Origin: Firmicutes bacterium UBA3570
GTDB lineage: Bacteria; Bacillota; Sulfobacillia; UBA3561
Reading direction: 5' to 3'
NCBI GenBank assembly: GCA_002376005.1
Contig: DFNJ01000022.1
Span: 42,434-106,433, forward strand
DNA: 64,000 nt
In this document: one piece after another, positions 1 to 9,387 of the stretch
How positions within the stretch are numbered: the stretch's first letter is position 1
Layout of the letters: the number at the start of each line of letters is the position of its first letter
Made by a program: the position numbers and the translations under genes
The notes under the pieces: generated by a model
Database searches by the model: none
Seen by the model: only the letters and a program-made list of their open reading frames with translations
Told to the model about the DNA's origin: nothing

Positions 1-73
1 TCTATGGAAGGGCTATGCCCATCACCATCGCGCTCGAGTCCACTCCAATTCTAGTCTTACCATCGTTGCGGTG

Positions 74-712
74 TCAACCGCGACGTTCCTGGTCTTCCAG
101 TTCCCGCAGGGTAGCGGCTATGAGCTCCCAGCCGAAGCCCCGACGCCGCAGATACCCAGCCAACCGCCGGCGCCGCGTGGCGTGGTCCAGACCCCGATAC
201 CGCGCCCACGCCCGAAGGGCTGCCTGACGCGCCATCCGATCCTCGTCCTCTTCCTTTACCATCTGGCGCACCTTCTCCTCCGCCAGGGAGGGGGCGATCC
301 CCTGCTGCACCAGTTCCTGCCGGAGTCGGCGGGCGCCGGTGGGACGCGCGGTCAATCTGCCGCGCACCCAGGATTCGGCAAAGGCCTCATCGTCCAGCAG
401 CCCCTTCTCCTGTAGACCATCGATGACGGTCTCGATGATGCCCTCCTCAAAGCCCCGGCGGTGCAGTCTCTGTCGTATTTCCCGGGTGGTGCGCGCTCGG
501 TGGGCCAGCCACCGAATCGCCAGGCGGGTGGCAGCCAGCCGCTGCGCCGCCAGGTCGAGGCGAGCCCGGAGACTGGAGTCCACCTGCATGCCCGACTCCA
601 GCCGCCATTGCCGCACCTCCACGGGATCCACCTCCCACCGGGATCCGTCGGTGGCAGTCACCACGACAGCCTCGCCGCGCCGGCAGGGGCGGATATCCCT
701 CAGCTGGACCAT
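74..712 (-). CDS. recX: RecX regulatory protein; start ATG overlaps recA stop (TGATG)
   Basis: 212-aa ORF immediately downstream of recA with translational coupling; helical, Arg-rich RecX-like composition; conserved recA-recX arrangement. Confidence 0.8.
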   Translation of the reverse strand: MVQLRDIRPCRRGEAVVVTATDGSRWEVDPVEVRQWRLESGMQVDSSLRARLDLAAQRLAATRLAIRWLAHRARTTREIRQRLHRRGFEEGIIETVIDGLQEKGLLDDEAFAESWVRGRLTARPTGARRLRQELVQQGIAPSLAEEKVRQMVKEEDEDRMARQAALRAWARYRGLDHATRRRRLAGYLRRRGFGWELIAATLRELEDQERRG

Positions 713-1767
713 CAGCTTTCCTCCCGGGCATCCGGGGCGTCGGACGCCGGCTTCACCGGACCCAGATTGAGAGCCTGGCGGATCTTGGTCTCGATCTCAT
801 GGGCCAGCTCCGGCTCCGAGCGGAGGTAATCGCGGGCGTTCTCTCGTCCCTGCCCTAGCCTGAGGTCACCGTAGGAGTACCACGCGCCGCTCTTGGTGAT
901 GATGCCAGCCTCCACTCCGAGGTCCAGCAGGCACCCCTCGCGCGATATGCCTTCCCCGTATATGATGTCGAATTCGGCCTGTTTGAAGGGCGGTGCCACT
1001 TTGTTTTTGACCACCTTCACCCGGGTCCGACTGCCCAGGATCTCCGTCCCCTGCTTGAGGGTTTCTACTTTCCGCACCTCCATCCGCACCGTAGCGTAGA
1101 ACTTGAGCGCGCGGCCACCCGGCGTCACCTCGGGATTGCCGAAGATGACCCCTACCTTCTCCCGGATCTGGTTGATGAAGATGGCGGTGGTCTTGGACTT
1201 GGAAATCGCCCCTGCCAGCTTGCGCAAGGCCTGCGACATCAGCCGGGCCTGCAGCCCCACGTGGGCGTCACCCATCTCTCCCTCCAGCTCCGCCCGCGGC
1301 ACCAAGGCGGCCACCGAGTCGATGACCACCACGTCCACCGCACCGCTGCGCACCAGGGCTTCCGCAATCTCCAGCGCCTGTTCCCCGGTGTCCGGCTGGG
1401 ATATCAGGAGGTTGTCGATGTCCACGCCCACCCGGCGCGCATACGCGGGGTCCAGAGCGTGCTCCGCGTCGATGAACGCTGCCACTCCTCCCGCCTTTTG
1501 CGCCTCGGCGATGATGTGCAACGCCACCGTGGTTTTGCCGGACGCCTCGGGACCGTATATCTCCACCACCCGTCCCCGGGGGACTCCCCCTACCCCCAGG
1601 GCCAGATCAAGCGCCAGAGAACCCGTCGGTATCACCTCGACGTTCATCCGTGCCGACGCTTCGCCCAGCCTCATTATGGCCCCCTTGCCGAACTGCCGCT
1701 CGATTTGCGCCAGGGCCATCTCCAGGGCCTTTTCCTTCTCCGACAAGCTCCCACCCCCGCTTACCAT
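712..1767 (-). CDS. recA: Recombinase RecA
   Basis: 351 aa; unmistakable RecA sequence ([23 protein letters not shown], Walker [10 protein letters not shown], ...[29 protein letters not shown]...); strong RBS GGTGGAGG 7 nt upstream of the ATG at 1767. Confidence 0.97.
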   Translation of the reverse strand: MVSGGGSLSEKEKALEMALAQIERQFGKGAIMRLGEASARMNVEVIPTGSLALDLALGVGGVPRGRVVEIYGPEASGKTTVALHIIAEAQKAGGVAAFIDAEHALDPAYARRVGVDIDNLLISQPDTGEQALEIAEALVRSGAVDVVVIDSVAALVPRAELEGEMGDAHVGLQARLMSQALRKLAGAISKSKTTAIFINQIREKVGVIFGNPEVTPGGRALKFYATVRMEVRKVETLKQGTEILGSRTRVKVVKNKVAPPFKQAEFDIIYGEGISREGCLLDLGVEAGIITKSGAWYSYGDLRLGQGRENARDYLRSEPELAHEIETKIRQALNLGPVKPASDAPDAREES

Positions 1768-1782
1768 ATATTTCCTCCACCA

Positions 1783-1810
1783 GTATACTGGAAGTCTTCC
1801 CGCCTCACAA
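1783..1810 (-). promoter_or_regulatory. recA promoter: -35 TTGTGA (1810-1805), 16-nt spacer, -10 TATACT (1788-1783); spacer contains palindrome GGAAGACTTCC (1790-1800)
   Basis: Read on minus strand ...TTGTGAggcgGGAAGACTTCCagTATACTggtggaggaaatatATG; lies in the 3' end of thpR. Confidence 0.45.
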
Positions 1811-2365
1811 GGAGCAATTCCCCCGGAACGCCACGCACCTCAGAGCCCGGTAGATGGGCCCAGTGGGTCGGAGTACGCTCTGGTACAGTATCATCTCCTG
1901 CACCAGCATCCGTCCCAGGATCCGTTTCGCTGTTGTCTCCAGCGCCCTCCGCGGGCAAGCGCCCTTCACGCGACCCAGGGTGAGGTGGGCGTGCCAGGGC
2001 CGCTCTTCCCCCGGCAGCCCCACCTGCACGGCGATGCGATTTACCTCCCGCGCCAGGGCCTCCAGTTCTGCCGCACCGGCAGGCACTCCCGCCCATATGA
2101 CCCGAGGCCGTCCCCGGGGTGGGAAGGTTCCCAGTCCCCCTATCTGTACCCAAAATGGAACCATCTTTTCGCCCAAGGATTCCAGTTGCTGGCCGAGACA
2201 GCTTGCCTGAGACTCGGGTATCTCGCCCAGGAAGCGCAAGGTGAGGTGAAGGTTTTCCCCTTCCACCCATTTGGCCCTGACGCCCTCCTGCTCCAGTTCC
2301 CGCTGCAGCTGGGTTGCGGCCTGCCGCACATCCTCGGACACCGGCACGGCCACGAAACATCTCAT
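1805..2365 (-). CDS. thpR: RNA 2',3'-cyclic phosphodiesterase / 2'-5' RNA ligase (2H phosphoesterase, ThpR/LigT)
   Basis: Two H-x-T-x motifs (HLTLRFLGE and HAHLTLGRV) in a ~186-aa protein starting MRCFVAVPV; the track's 236-aa ORF is over-extended from a TTG. Coordinates approximate to +/-1 nt. Confidence 0.7.
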   Translation of the reverse strand: MRCFVAVPVSEDVRQAATQLQRELEQEGVRAKWVEGENLHLTLRFLGEIPESQASCLGQQLESLGEKMVPFWVQIGGLGTFPPRGRPRVIWAGVPAGAAELEALAREVNRIAVQVGLPGEERPWHAHLTLGRVKGACPRRALETTAKRILGRMLVQEMILYQSVLRPTGPIYRALRCVAFRGNCSL

Positions 2366-2385
2366 TGCTCGTCCCTCCACCACAT

Positions 2386-3642
2386 TCAGGTCAGCCGCTG
2401 CAGGGTGAGATACAGCCACGCCAGAGATTCCATGGCCGCTCGCTGTCTGACCAGTTCCCGTGGTCCGGGGTACCATCTCTCGCGGAGCTTGGTGCCCCAG
2501 GGGCCCAGCAGGCAAGCATAAACGGTGCCCACCGGCCGGCCATCTTCTTCCCTGCCCGGCCCCGCCAAGCCGGTCAGGGCCAGCGACACGTCAGCCCCCA
2601 GCAGCCGCGCCACTCCTCGGGCCATGGCTTCGCTAACCTCTGGGCTCACCGGGCCGTAGCGCTCCAGGAGGTCTGGGCCAACTCCCAGCAGGCACCTCTT
2701 GGTCTCCTGATCGTAGGCCACCACGCCCCCGAGAAAGTACCGGGAGGCCCCCGGAGCGGAGACGATCAGATCCGCCACTCTCCCGCCGGTCACCGACTCG
2801 GCGGTGGCCAAGGTGAGCTGCCGTTGCACGAGCCGGGCACCCAGGGCGGCGGGTAGCGTCTGCTCGTCCACCCCGAAGACGTGGTCGCCCAGCGCTGCCC
2901 GCAGATTAGCCTCTGCCCTCGCCAGCTGCTCCTGTCCACGGGGACCGGGTTGGGTAGCTGTCAGCCGTACCTGTATCTCACCGGGAAAGGAGTAGATCCC
3001 CACTTCCACGCCGGTCAGGGAGATTTGGGATATGCGGTGCTGGACCTGCGCTTCTCCCATCCCGCATACGCGCAACGTCATGGTTGGCGCGGGCCTTGGC
3101 CGCTCCCCCGGCAGCTGGCTGAGCAGCACCTTCTCGGCGTGCTCTGTCCACATCGTCCTGAGCTCGTGCGGCGGACCGGGAAGGCAGATCAACAGCTTCT
3201 GCTGCCAGCGCAGCCAGAACCCGGGGGCGGTACCCACCGAGTTGGGCAGCGGACTGGCTCCCTGCGGCAGCCGCGCTTGACGGAGATCTTCCTCCTGCGG
3301 TATGCCACCTCTCCGGCAGTACAGCTGGCGGGTGCTATCCCATAGCTGGGGTCGGAACTGGAGGGATAAGCCGAGGGCAGAACACACCGCCTCCCGGGTG
3401 AGATCGTCGCCGGTGGGGCCGAGCCCGCCGGTGACAATGACCACCTTCACTCGCGACAAGGACTGCCGAATGGTCTCGTCAATCTCCTCCACCCGGTCAC
3501 CAACTGTGTGTACCGCCCGCACGCGAAACCCGAGTTCGTGCAGGCGGCTGCCCAGGTAGACCGCGTTGGTGTTCACCACCGACCCGTCGAGCAGTTCCTC
3601 TCCCACGCACACGATCTCGACTGCAGTCAGCCGCCTCACCAC
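2386..3642 (-). CDS. cinA: Competence/damage-inducible protein CinA (MocF-like N-domain + CinA/PncC C-domain)
   Basis: 418 aa; N-terminal VEIVCVGEELLxG...VVIVTGGLGPTxDDLT (MoaB/MogA-like) and C-terminal LATAESxTGG...CinA domain; GTG start; classic cinA-recA neighbourhood. Confidence 0.88.
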   Translation of the reverse strand: MVRRLTAVEIVCVGEELLDGSVVNTNAVYLGSRLHELGFRVRAVHTVGDRVEEIDETIRQSLSRVKVVIVTGGLGPTGDDLTREAVCSALGLSLQFRPQLWDSTRQLYCRRGGIPQEEDLRQARLPQGASPLPNSVGTAPGFWLRWQQKLLICLPGPPHELRTMWTEHAEKVLLSQLPGERPRPAPTMTLRVCGMGEAQVQHRISQISLTGVEVGIYSFPGEIQVRLTATQPGPRGQEQLARAEANLRAALGDHVFGVDEQTLPAALGARLVQRQLTLATAESVTGGRVADLIVSAPGASRYFLGGVVAYDQETKRCLLGVGPDLLERYGPVSPEVSEAMARGVARLLGADVSLALTGLAGPGREEDGRPVGTVYACLLGPWGTKLRERWYPGPRELVRQRAAMESLAWLYLTLQRLT

Positions 3643-3774
3643 CCGCCGTCATCTTCGCCGTGGTGGCCGCGACCACCTGCCTAGCGTAGTAAGGGAAGGG
3701 GTTCTACCAGGAGCGCAAGCACAGGTGGCATCTTGGTTGGAAGTGCCCCAGGGTGGTAAGGAATCGCCGATCTG

Positions 3775-3799
3775 GCGGCAACGAAGAGGACGTTGCCGC
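3775..3799. repeat. Perfect 9-bp GC-rich inverted repeat (GCGGCAACG-aagagga-CGTTGCCGC), stable stem-loop in the cinA upstream gap
   Basis: Read directly from the sequence; both arms exactly complementary, 7-nt loop; no U-tract on either strand so not a canonical intrinsic terminator. Confidence 0.5.
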
Positions 3800-4000
3800 T
3801 CCCTTCGTTCGGCAACCTGGCTTCCGGGCGGGGTCCCGCTGCTCACAGCCCTGGCGGCCCGCGGCCAACCCGACCACGTCGCCTCTGGGAAGCTCAGGAG
3901 AGAGGCGGGAGCCAAGGGGAGGCAGTTGCTCCAGGAGGCGCTGGATCTCGGCCCTACGGGCCGGGTACTGGCCTGGGACAGGTGGAATCAGTTCCACCTG

Positions 4001-4303
4001 ATGATGGCCCGCGGGCCGAATGCATACTGTTGCCTGGTCCTGGTGCTCGAGGATACACCCGACGGGCAACTCGACCCTCACGGAGGGATCCGCTTCAGGC
4101 GCGCGCTCCGCGCAGGGCAGCTGCGCGAGCACAGCTTCGACGTCGCCCTGGGCAACGATGGTCCTGCTGTTCTGTGGGCATTCGTTGCCCGGAACGCGCA
4201 CGCCGTGGAGGTCTTCTACGGCAGGATCGTCCGGAAGGAGACCGCAGGAAAGTCGGGAGCAATCGTCGTCCTTGAGCCCCAGCCGAGCCCCGCTGGTAAA
4301 TGA
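4001..4303 (+). CDS. Hypothetical small protein (100 aa from ATG 4001; alternative TTG start 3926 gives 125 aa)
   Basis: Only frame in the 1.2 kb gap with gene-like codon-position GC pattern (GC1 and GC3 high, GC2 ~47%, counted by hand) and non-repetitive amino-acid composition; no recognisable family; weak RBS. Confidence 0.25.
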   Translation: MMARGPNAYCCLVLVLEDTPDGQLDPHGGIRFRRALRAGQLREHSFDVALGNDGPAVLWAFVARNAHAVEVFYGRIVRKETAGKSGAIVVLEPQPSPAGK

Positions 4304-4830
4304 CCCGAACTAGGCCGGATGAGGGCCCTGGATGCCCACGGGCGGGCACTCCGAGAGCAGCTAGCCCTGTCGGGTACTGAAAACGCCTGGTGTGGACGAA
4401 GCCCCGCAACACCACTACCCAAAGGCAGGGTGTTCCTGGCGACCCAGGAAGCCAGCCGGAAGCTGCGAGCCCATGCGCACGAACTTCGGACGCGCTCGGG
4501 TAGCTTGGGCAAGTCCGCAGGGCAAGCAAGCCGCAGACCGTCCATGGGCCCGTGACCCAAACACGGTGGTTGGCAGGGAAACCACTCGCTCCTGCCCCAG
4601 GAGGGCGTCACTTTATGCCCACGACGGCAGCCAAGAGGCTGCACTGAGGTGACAGACCCCGAGCTCCCGGTACCCGCAGGCACCGAGCAGGCGCAGTTCG
4701 ATAGCTTCAGGGCGTCGTTGCGACTGCCAGACCACACCGCCGGCAGGCGTCCGGGTGCCGGATGGGAGGCAATCCTGCTTTCCCCGGCCGTTACCACGCA
4801 GGCCGTAGCGCACTCTCACAGCCAGGTAGG

Positions 4831-6315
4831 TCAATCTCGATGGGCCGTTTCCTCCGCCTCTTGAAGCATCTGTCGTAGTTCGTCGCCGCTCAGCCGTTCC
4901 TTTTGAGCCAGCTGTTCAGAAACATGCACCAGGAGGCGACGCCTCCCTTCCAGCAGCTGGCGAACCCGCTTCTCCTCAGTCGCCAGTACTTCCCGTACCG
5001 TGCTGAACATTACGTCCCGGGGGATGCTTTCCGCATCCACAATTCCCAGGGGACTCAATCCCGACAAAACCAGGCGCCGTGCCAGGCGCGCTGCCTGATC
5101 GAAGTCGTCGGCGGCACCCGTACTTCGCGTGCCGCACACCAGTTCTTCTGCCACCGCCCCGCCCAGGAGGGCGGCAATTTCCACCCCGATCTCCTGGGGA
5201 CAAAACAGACGGCGGTCACGGTCGCGCCGGTGCCGCACGTATCCCAAGCTAGCTCCCCGCGGGGACACCGCCACCGCGGACACCGAGCCGGGCCGCAGTA
5301 GCTCGCTGACCAGGGCGTGCCCGGCTTCGTGGACTGCCACCCGAAGCAGCTCCTCCCGAGTGGGCACTCGGTCGCTCTTTTCACCCATCAGAACCTTCTC
5401 CACCGCTTCGCGGAAGTGCTGCTGGCTTATGCGATCCCGGCCGGCCCGCAGGGCGAGGATGGCGGCCTCGTTGGCCACCATCTCCAGGTGAGCCCCCGAA
5501 AAGCCAAAGGTCTCGCCGGCGATCTCCGCCAGGTCCACGTCGCAGTCCAAAGGCTTGTCCCGAGTGTGAAGCTTCAGGATGCTCAGGCGCCCCTCGCGGT
5601 CGGGAAGAGGAACCTGCAGGATCCGGTCAAACCGTCCGGGTCTCAGGAGTGCTTCATCCAGCAAATCCGCTCGGTTGGTGGCACCGATCACCAGTATCCG
5701 GATCTCGTCATCGGGACCAAGACCGTCCATCTCCACCAACAGCTGGTTCAGGGTCTGGTCGTACTCCAAATGAGAGGAGTGCCTGCCGCGCTTGCCTCCC
5801 AGCACCTCCAGCTCGTCGATGAAAACGATGGCACTGTTCTTCCCCCTGGCTCGGGCCAGTTCTCTGGCCCGCTGGAAGAGAGATCTCACCCGCTGGGCGC
5901 CAACTCCCGCGTACACCTCCACGAACTCGCTGCCGGAAGCGCTGACGAAAACCGAGTCCGTGTGGGTAGCCGCCGCCTTGGCCAACATGGTCTTGCCGGT
6001 CCCAGGAGGACCGGTGAGCAGGATGCCCCGTATGGGGCGTATTCCCAGCTGCCGTACGCGGCGGGCACACTTCAGGAAATCCAGTGCTTCCCTCAGCTCA
6101 CGCTTGGCTGGCTCCTGGCCTCCGATGTCTGAGAAGGTCACGCCGGTTGCGCCCGCGGCGGCGCCCACAGTGGCCCGCTGGCTGAAGGCACCTCCCGACA
6201 GTCCCACCGCCCGCGACAGGACGTAAAGCAACCCCCCCAGAAACAGCAGGGGCCACAGGTTATAGCCGCGCAGGATGCAGAACAGCAGCAAGCCCGCGGC
6301 GACGCCCAGCGCCAC
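4831..6315 (-). CDS. FtsH-like AAA+ ATP-dependent zinc metalloprotease, short form (494 aa, TM hairpin, no periplasmic domain)
   Basis: Walker A GPPGTGKT, Walker B IVFIDELE, second region of homology ATNRADLLDEALLRPGRFDR, zinc site HEAGHA; N-terminal two hydrophobic helices separated by 2 residues. Confidence 0.85.
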   Translation of the reverse strand: MALGVAAGLLLFCILRGYNLWPLLFLGGLLYVLSRAVGLSGGAFSQRATVGAAAGATGVTFSDIGGQEPAKRELREALDFLKCARRVRQLGIRPIRGILLTGPPGTGKTMLAKAAATHTDSVFVSASGSEFVEVYAGVGAQRVRSLFQRARELARARGKNSAIVFIDELEVLGGKRGRHSSHLEYDQTLNQLLVEMDGLGPDDEIRILVIGATNRADLLDEALLRPGRFDRILQVPLPDREGRLSILKLHTRDKPLDCDVDLAEIAGETFGFSGAHLEMVANEAAILALRAGRDRISQQHFREAVEKVLMGEKSDRVPTREELLRVAVHEAGHALVSELLRPGSVSAVAVSPRGASLGYVRHRRDRDRRLFCPQEIGVEIAALLGGAVAEELVCGTRSTGAADDFDQAARLARRLVLSGLSPLGIVDAESIPRDVMFSTVREVLATEEKRVRQLLEGRRRLLVHVSEQLAQKERLSGDELRQMLQEAEETAHRD

Positions 6316-6323
6316 GTCCAGCT

Positions 6324-6857
6324 TCAGCGTGGTTCACCCCCCAGGGATGCTGTCCAGGGGCAGACCTGGTACAGCCAGTGGTCGCCCTGCTGAAGGCTGA
6401 CGTAAACTGCATGGTCATCCACCTGAAGGGTGCAGTCCACTCCCGACTGCCGGGCCAGGGCTAGTGCGCGCTCCCGCATCTCGGTGAGTCGACCGGTGGC
6501 CAGCCCTTCGTAGATGATGAAGCTCATCCCTTCCCAACAGCTGGCCAGCTCGGCACTGGGATTGTCCACGATCACCAACCGAAAGGGCTGCTCGCCCAGG
6601 GTGCGCCGACTGATGTCCTGCAATTCGGTCCAGACGGCGCGTAAATCCTGCCCGGGTGCCAGGTGCGCGTAGGCGATCACCTCATTCGCCCGCACGGTTA
6701 CCCGTGCGTCCACCACTCCCGGCATCTCTCCAAAGGCGCGCTCCAGCGGCATCTGCCACCGCTGGCTTCGCCACAGGGTGCTTCCCGCCAGCAGCAGGCC
6801 GACCACCGCCACCGCGGTCAGAATCACCACCGGAATGCGTCTCTCCTTCCACCACAA
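6324..6857 (-). CDS. Hypothetical membrane-anchored protein (177 aa, single N-terminal TM)
   Basis: ORF tightly packed (8-nt gap) upstream of the FtsH-like gene; N-terminal hydrophobic helix VVILTAVAVVGLLLAG; no family recognised. Confidence 0.5.
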   Translation of the reverse strand: MWWKERRIPVVILTAVAVVGLLLAGSTLWRSQRWQMPLERAFGEMPGVVDARVTVRANEVIAYAHLAPGQDLRAVWTELQDISRRTLGEQPFRLVIVDNPSAELASCWEGMSFIIYEGLATGRLTEMRERALALARQSGVDCTLQVDDHAVYVSLQQGDHWLYQVCPWTASLGGEPR

Positions 6858-6936
6858 GGGAATGCACCCTCCCAGGGTTACATAATGCCGCGTAAAGATT
6901 ATACCATCAGATGAGCACCGAGCACGGTGGTAATGT

Positions 6937-8262
6937 CTAGCAAGACGGGGGAAGCAACTCCGCGAAGAGGTCGTAGCCGTGGTTGCCCACCACCCGCACC
7001 TTCACGAATGTGCCGGGAGTGGGACATCGGCCGAAAATGTAGGTAATGCCGTCCACCTCCGGCGCTTGCCTCCAGATCCGGCCCCGCGCGAGACCATCAG
7101 AGATTATCTCCTCCACCACCGCTTCGGCGATCATACCCACCAGCCGGCGGTTGGCGCGGTGGGCCACCTGCCAGGCCTGCCTGATCAGCCGACGGCGGCG
7201 CCGCTCGCGAACGGCGACCGGAACCTGAGGCCTCATGCGGGCGGCAGCCGTTCCTTCCTCGGGACTGAAAGCGAAGACCCCCACGTGGTCCAGCCGGAAC
7301 CGCCGCACGAAGGCCAACAATGCCAGGAAATCCTCCCAACCCTCTCCGGGATGACCCACCATGAAGGTGGCGCGTATGGAAGGATCATGCAGGTAATTCC
7401 GAACCATGGCGATGCACCTGCCCGGATGGCCGAGGTCGGCCCTGCCCATTCTGCGCAGCACCCGCGGGCTGGCGTGCTGGAACGGAATGTCCAAATATGG
7501 CAGGGTGCGCCGCGACCCGGCCATCACCCGCAGCAACCGGGGGGTGATGCCCGCGGGGTGGGCGTACATGAGTCGTATCCACCTCACGGGTAGCTGATCC
7601 ATCTCGACCAACAGATCGACGAGATCCGGTCCCCCCGGAACGTCCCGCCCATAGCTGGTGGTATCCTGGGCCACCAGGATCAGCTCGCCCACTCCCCGCT
7701 GGGCCAGCTTGCGAGCCGCCCCCAGCACCTCCTCCAGGGGACGGCTGTGCACTTTTCCCTTGATGGCGGGAATGGTGCAGTAAGAACAACCACGATCGCA
7801 CCCGTCTCCCAGTAACAGATACCCGTAATGTGCTGGGGTGCTGAGGATTCGATCCGCGGAAGCTGTCGCCGAGGGAATCCGACGCTCCATCTGCCCGTGA
7901 AGGGCCTGCCACACCCGGCGAGCCACCAAGTGGTACTCATTGGCTCCCAGCCACAGGTCCACCTCCGGAAGTGCACGTCGGGCCTCGCTGCCGTAGCGGG
8001 CAGGGAGACACCCCACCACCGCCAGCAACTGACAGCGGCCGCTCCGGCGGTACTGCGCGCAGCGCAGGATGGCATCCACCGACTCCTGGGCGGCGTCCTC
8101 GATGAAGGCACAGGTGTTGACCACGATGACATCCGCATCCTCCGGGTTGGGGTGTGGCTGCAGGCCCGCGGCGGCCAGCGCCCCCAGCATTTCCTCGCAG
8201 TAGACGCGATTCTTGTCGCACCCCAGCCAGATCACGCACGCCCGCAGCTGCCTCGCCGACAC
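6937..8262 (-). CDS. rimO: Ribosomal protein S12 methylthiotransferase RimO (radical SAM MiaB family + TRAM)
   Basis: 441 aa; N-terminal MTTase domain (WLGCDKNRVYCEEM...VNTCAFI), radical-SAM CxxxCxxC (CDRGCSYC), C-terminal TRAM; position upstream of cinA as in Clostridia. Confidence 0.85.
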   Translation of the reverse strand: MSARQLRACVIWLGCDKNRVYCEEMLGALAAAGLQPHPNPEDADVIVVNTCAFIEDAAQESVDAILRCAQYRRSGRCQLLAVVGCLPARYGSEARRALPEVDLWLGANEYHLVARRVWQALHGQMERRIPSATASADRILSTPAHYGYLLLGDGCDRGCSYCTIPAIKGKVHSRPLEEVLGAARKLAQRGVGELILVAQDTTSYGRDVPGGPDLVDLLVEMDQLPVRWIRLMYAHPAGITPRLLRVMAGSRRTLPYLDIPFQHASPRVLRRMGRADLGHPGRCIAMVRNYLHDPSIRATFMVGHPGEGWEDFLALLAFVRRFRLDHVGVFAFSPEEGTAAARMRPQVPVAVRERRRRRLIRQAWQVAHRANRRLVGMIAEAVVEEIISDGLARGRIWRQAPEVDGITYIFGRCPTPGTFVKVRVVGNHGYDLFAELLPPSC

Positions 8263-8265
8263 CCT

Positions 8266-9387
8266 TCACGCGCCCCTCCGGGAGGCCAGGATCTCCCGGT
8301 AGAACTCTTCATACGCGTCCACCAGGCGTTGGGCATCGAATTGTTCCGCTCGCCGTCGCGCACCTTCCGAGTAGTCCTCCCAGACCCCTTGCTCGGACAT
8401 GATCTGCACCGCGCTACGCGCCATCCCTTCGAGGTCCTCCACTTCATGCAGCCGCCCGGAGTGCTCATCCACCACTTCCGGCAGCCCCCCCACCCTGCTC
8501 GCCACCACCGGGACCCCGCAGGCCATGGCTTCCAGGGCGGCCAGACCGAAGCTTTCCTGCGCGGAGGGCAACAGAAACAGATCGGCCACCGACAGCAGTG
8601 GCACCAAATCGTCCTGACGTCCCACGAACAGTACTGCCTCCTCCAGCCCCAGTTCCCTCGTACGCCTGCGGGCCGCCGGGACATCGGGGCCATCGCCCAC
8701 CAGGAGCAGGCGTACCGGCAGATACTCGCGGATCTGAGCCACAATCTCCACCACCGCCAGCACCCTCTTGACCGGACGGAAATTGGATACGTGAATGACG
8801 ATCTTCTCCCCACCAGGGGCGAAACAGCGCCGGAGCTCGGGATTGGGACGCCTCCGGTACGCCTGCAGGTCAACGAAGTTGGGAATCACCCGGATGGGTC
8901 GGTGAACGGTGAAGCGACGGTAGGTTTCCGCCCGCAAACTCCGCGAAACCGCAGTTACCCCGTCGCTGCGATTGATGGCAAAGCTGATTATTTCGCTAAA
9001 AGAGGGATCCGACCCTACCAGGGTGATGTCCGTCCCATGCAGGGTGGTGATGGTGACCACTTCAGGTACCAGCTGTTTCGCCAAGTAGCTGCTGACCGCA
9101 TGCGGTATGGCGTAATGGGCGTGTATGATGTCCAGACACCCGTAGCGCGCCAGCTCCACCAGCTTGTTGGTCAGGGCCAGCACGTAAGGAGGATATTTGA
9201 ACAAGGGGTAGGTGGGTACCTCCACCTGATGAAAGATGATGGCGTGCTGGTACCCGCGTAGCCTGAAGGGCAGCTCGTAGCTGACGAAATGCACCTGATG
9301 GCCGCGAGCTGCCATGGCCTTTCCCAGCTCGCTGGCCACCACGCCCGATCCTCCATAGGAAGGATAGCACACCACGGCAATCCTCAT
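8266..9387 (-). CDS. bshA: N-acetyl-alpha-D-glucosaminyl L-malate synthase BshA (GT4 glycosyltransferase)
   Basis: Start [22 protein letters not shown] typical of BshA; GT4 C-terminal [20 protein letters not shown]; coupled to bshB1 (shared nucleotide at 9387). Confidence 0.8.
   Translation of the reverse strand: MRIAVVCYPSYGGSGVVASELGKAMAARGHQVHFVSYELPFRLRGYQHAIIFHQVEVPTYPLFKYPPYVLALTNKLVELARYGCLDIIHAHYAIPHAVSSYLAKQLVPEVVTITTLHGTDITLVGSDPSFSEIISFAINRSDGVTAVSRSLRAETYRRFTVHRPIRVIPNFVDLQAYRRRPNPELRRCFAPGGEKIVIHVSNFRPVKRVLAVVEIVAQIREYLPVRLLLVGDGPDVPAARRRTRELGLEEAVLFVGRQDDLVPLLSVADLFLLPSAQESFGLAALEAMACGVPVVASRVGGLPEVVDEHSGRLHEVEDLEGMARSAVQIMSEQGVWEDYSEGARRRAEQFDAQRLVDAYEEFYREILASRRGA

Noticed and set aside
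2362-2386. Apparent 1-nt inconsistency between my nucleotide parsing and the ORF-track frame near the thpR start (an extra C in ...ccaccaccatt... by my reading)
   Set aside because: The ORF track was computed from the same window, so my character-level reading is the likelier error; no frameshift or pseudogene is claimed and thpR coordinates are given as approximate.
1103-2521. Long antisense or alternative-frame ORFs throughout the window (for example 1103-2521 +, 11309-12154 -, 12268-13431 -, 20087-21154 +, 23146-24060 +, 28673-29998 +, 32181-33395 +)
   Set aside because: They lie opposite or out of frame of confidently identified genes (recA, mrfA, mrfB, UPF0182, sigma-54 regulator, M14, M28). 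Their products are Arg/Pro/Gly/Ala-rich low-complexity strings typical of stop-codon-poor GC-rich DNA.
4440-4480. SRP (4.5S/scRNA) domain IV-like CCGGAAG/GGAAGC motifs
   Set aside because: The symmetric-loop consensus (GGUCCGGAAGGAAGCAGCC) is not reproduced and no flanking helix closes the motif.
4225-4700. RNase P RNA in the cinA upstream gap (AGGAAAGUCGGGAGC at about 4243 resembles the P4 5' strand GGAAAGUCCGGGCUCC)
   Set aside because: None of the other universally conserved RNase P blocks (GGUAAGAGCGCACC, ACAGAANCCGGCUUA, AGGGUGAAA) are present on either strand; a 9-nt match in GC-rich DNA is expected by chance.
4690-4730. tRNA-like T-loop (GTTCGATAGC) in the gap
   Set aside because: No complementary T-stem, no acceptor stem and no CCA context; an isolated TTCGA is not evidence.
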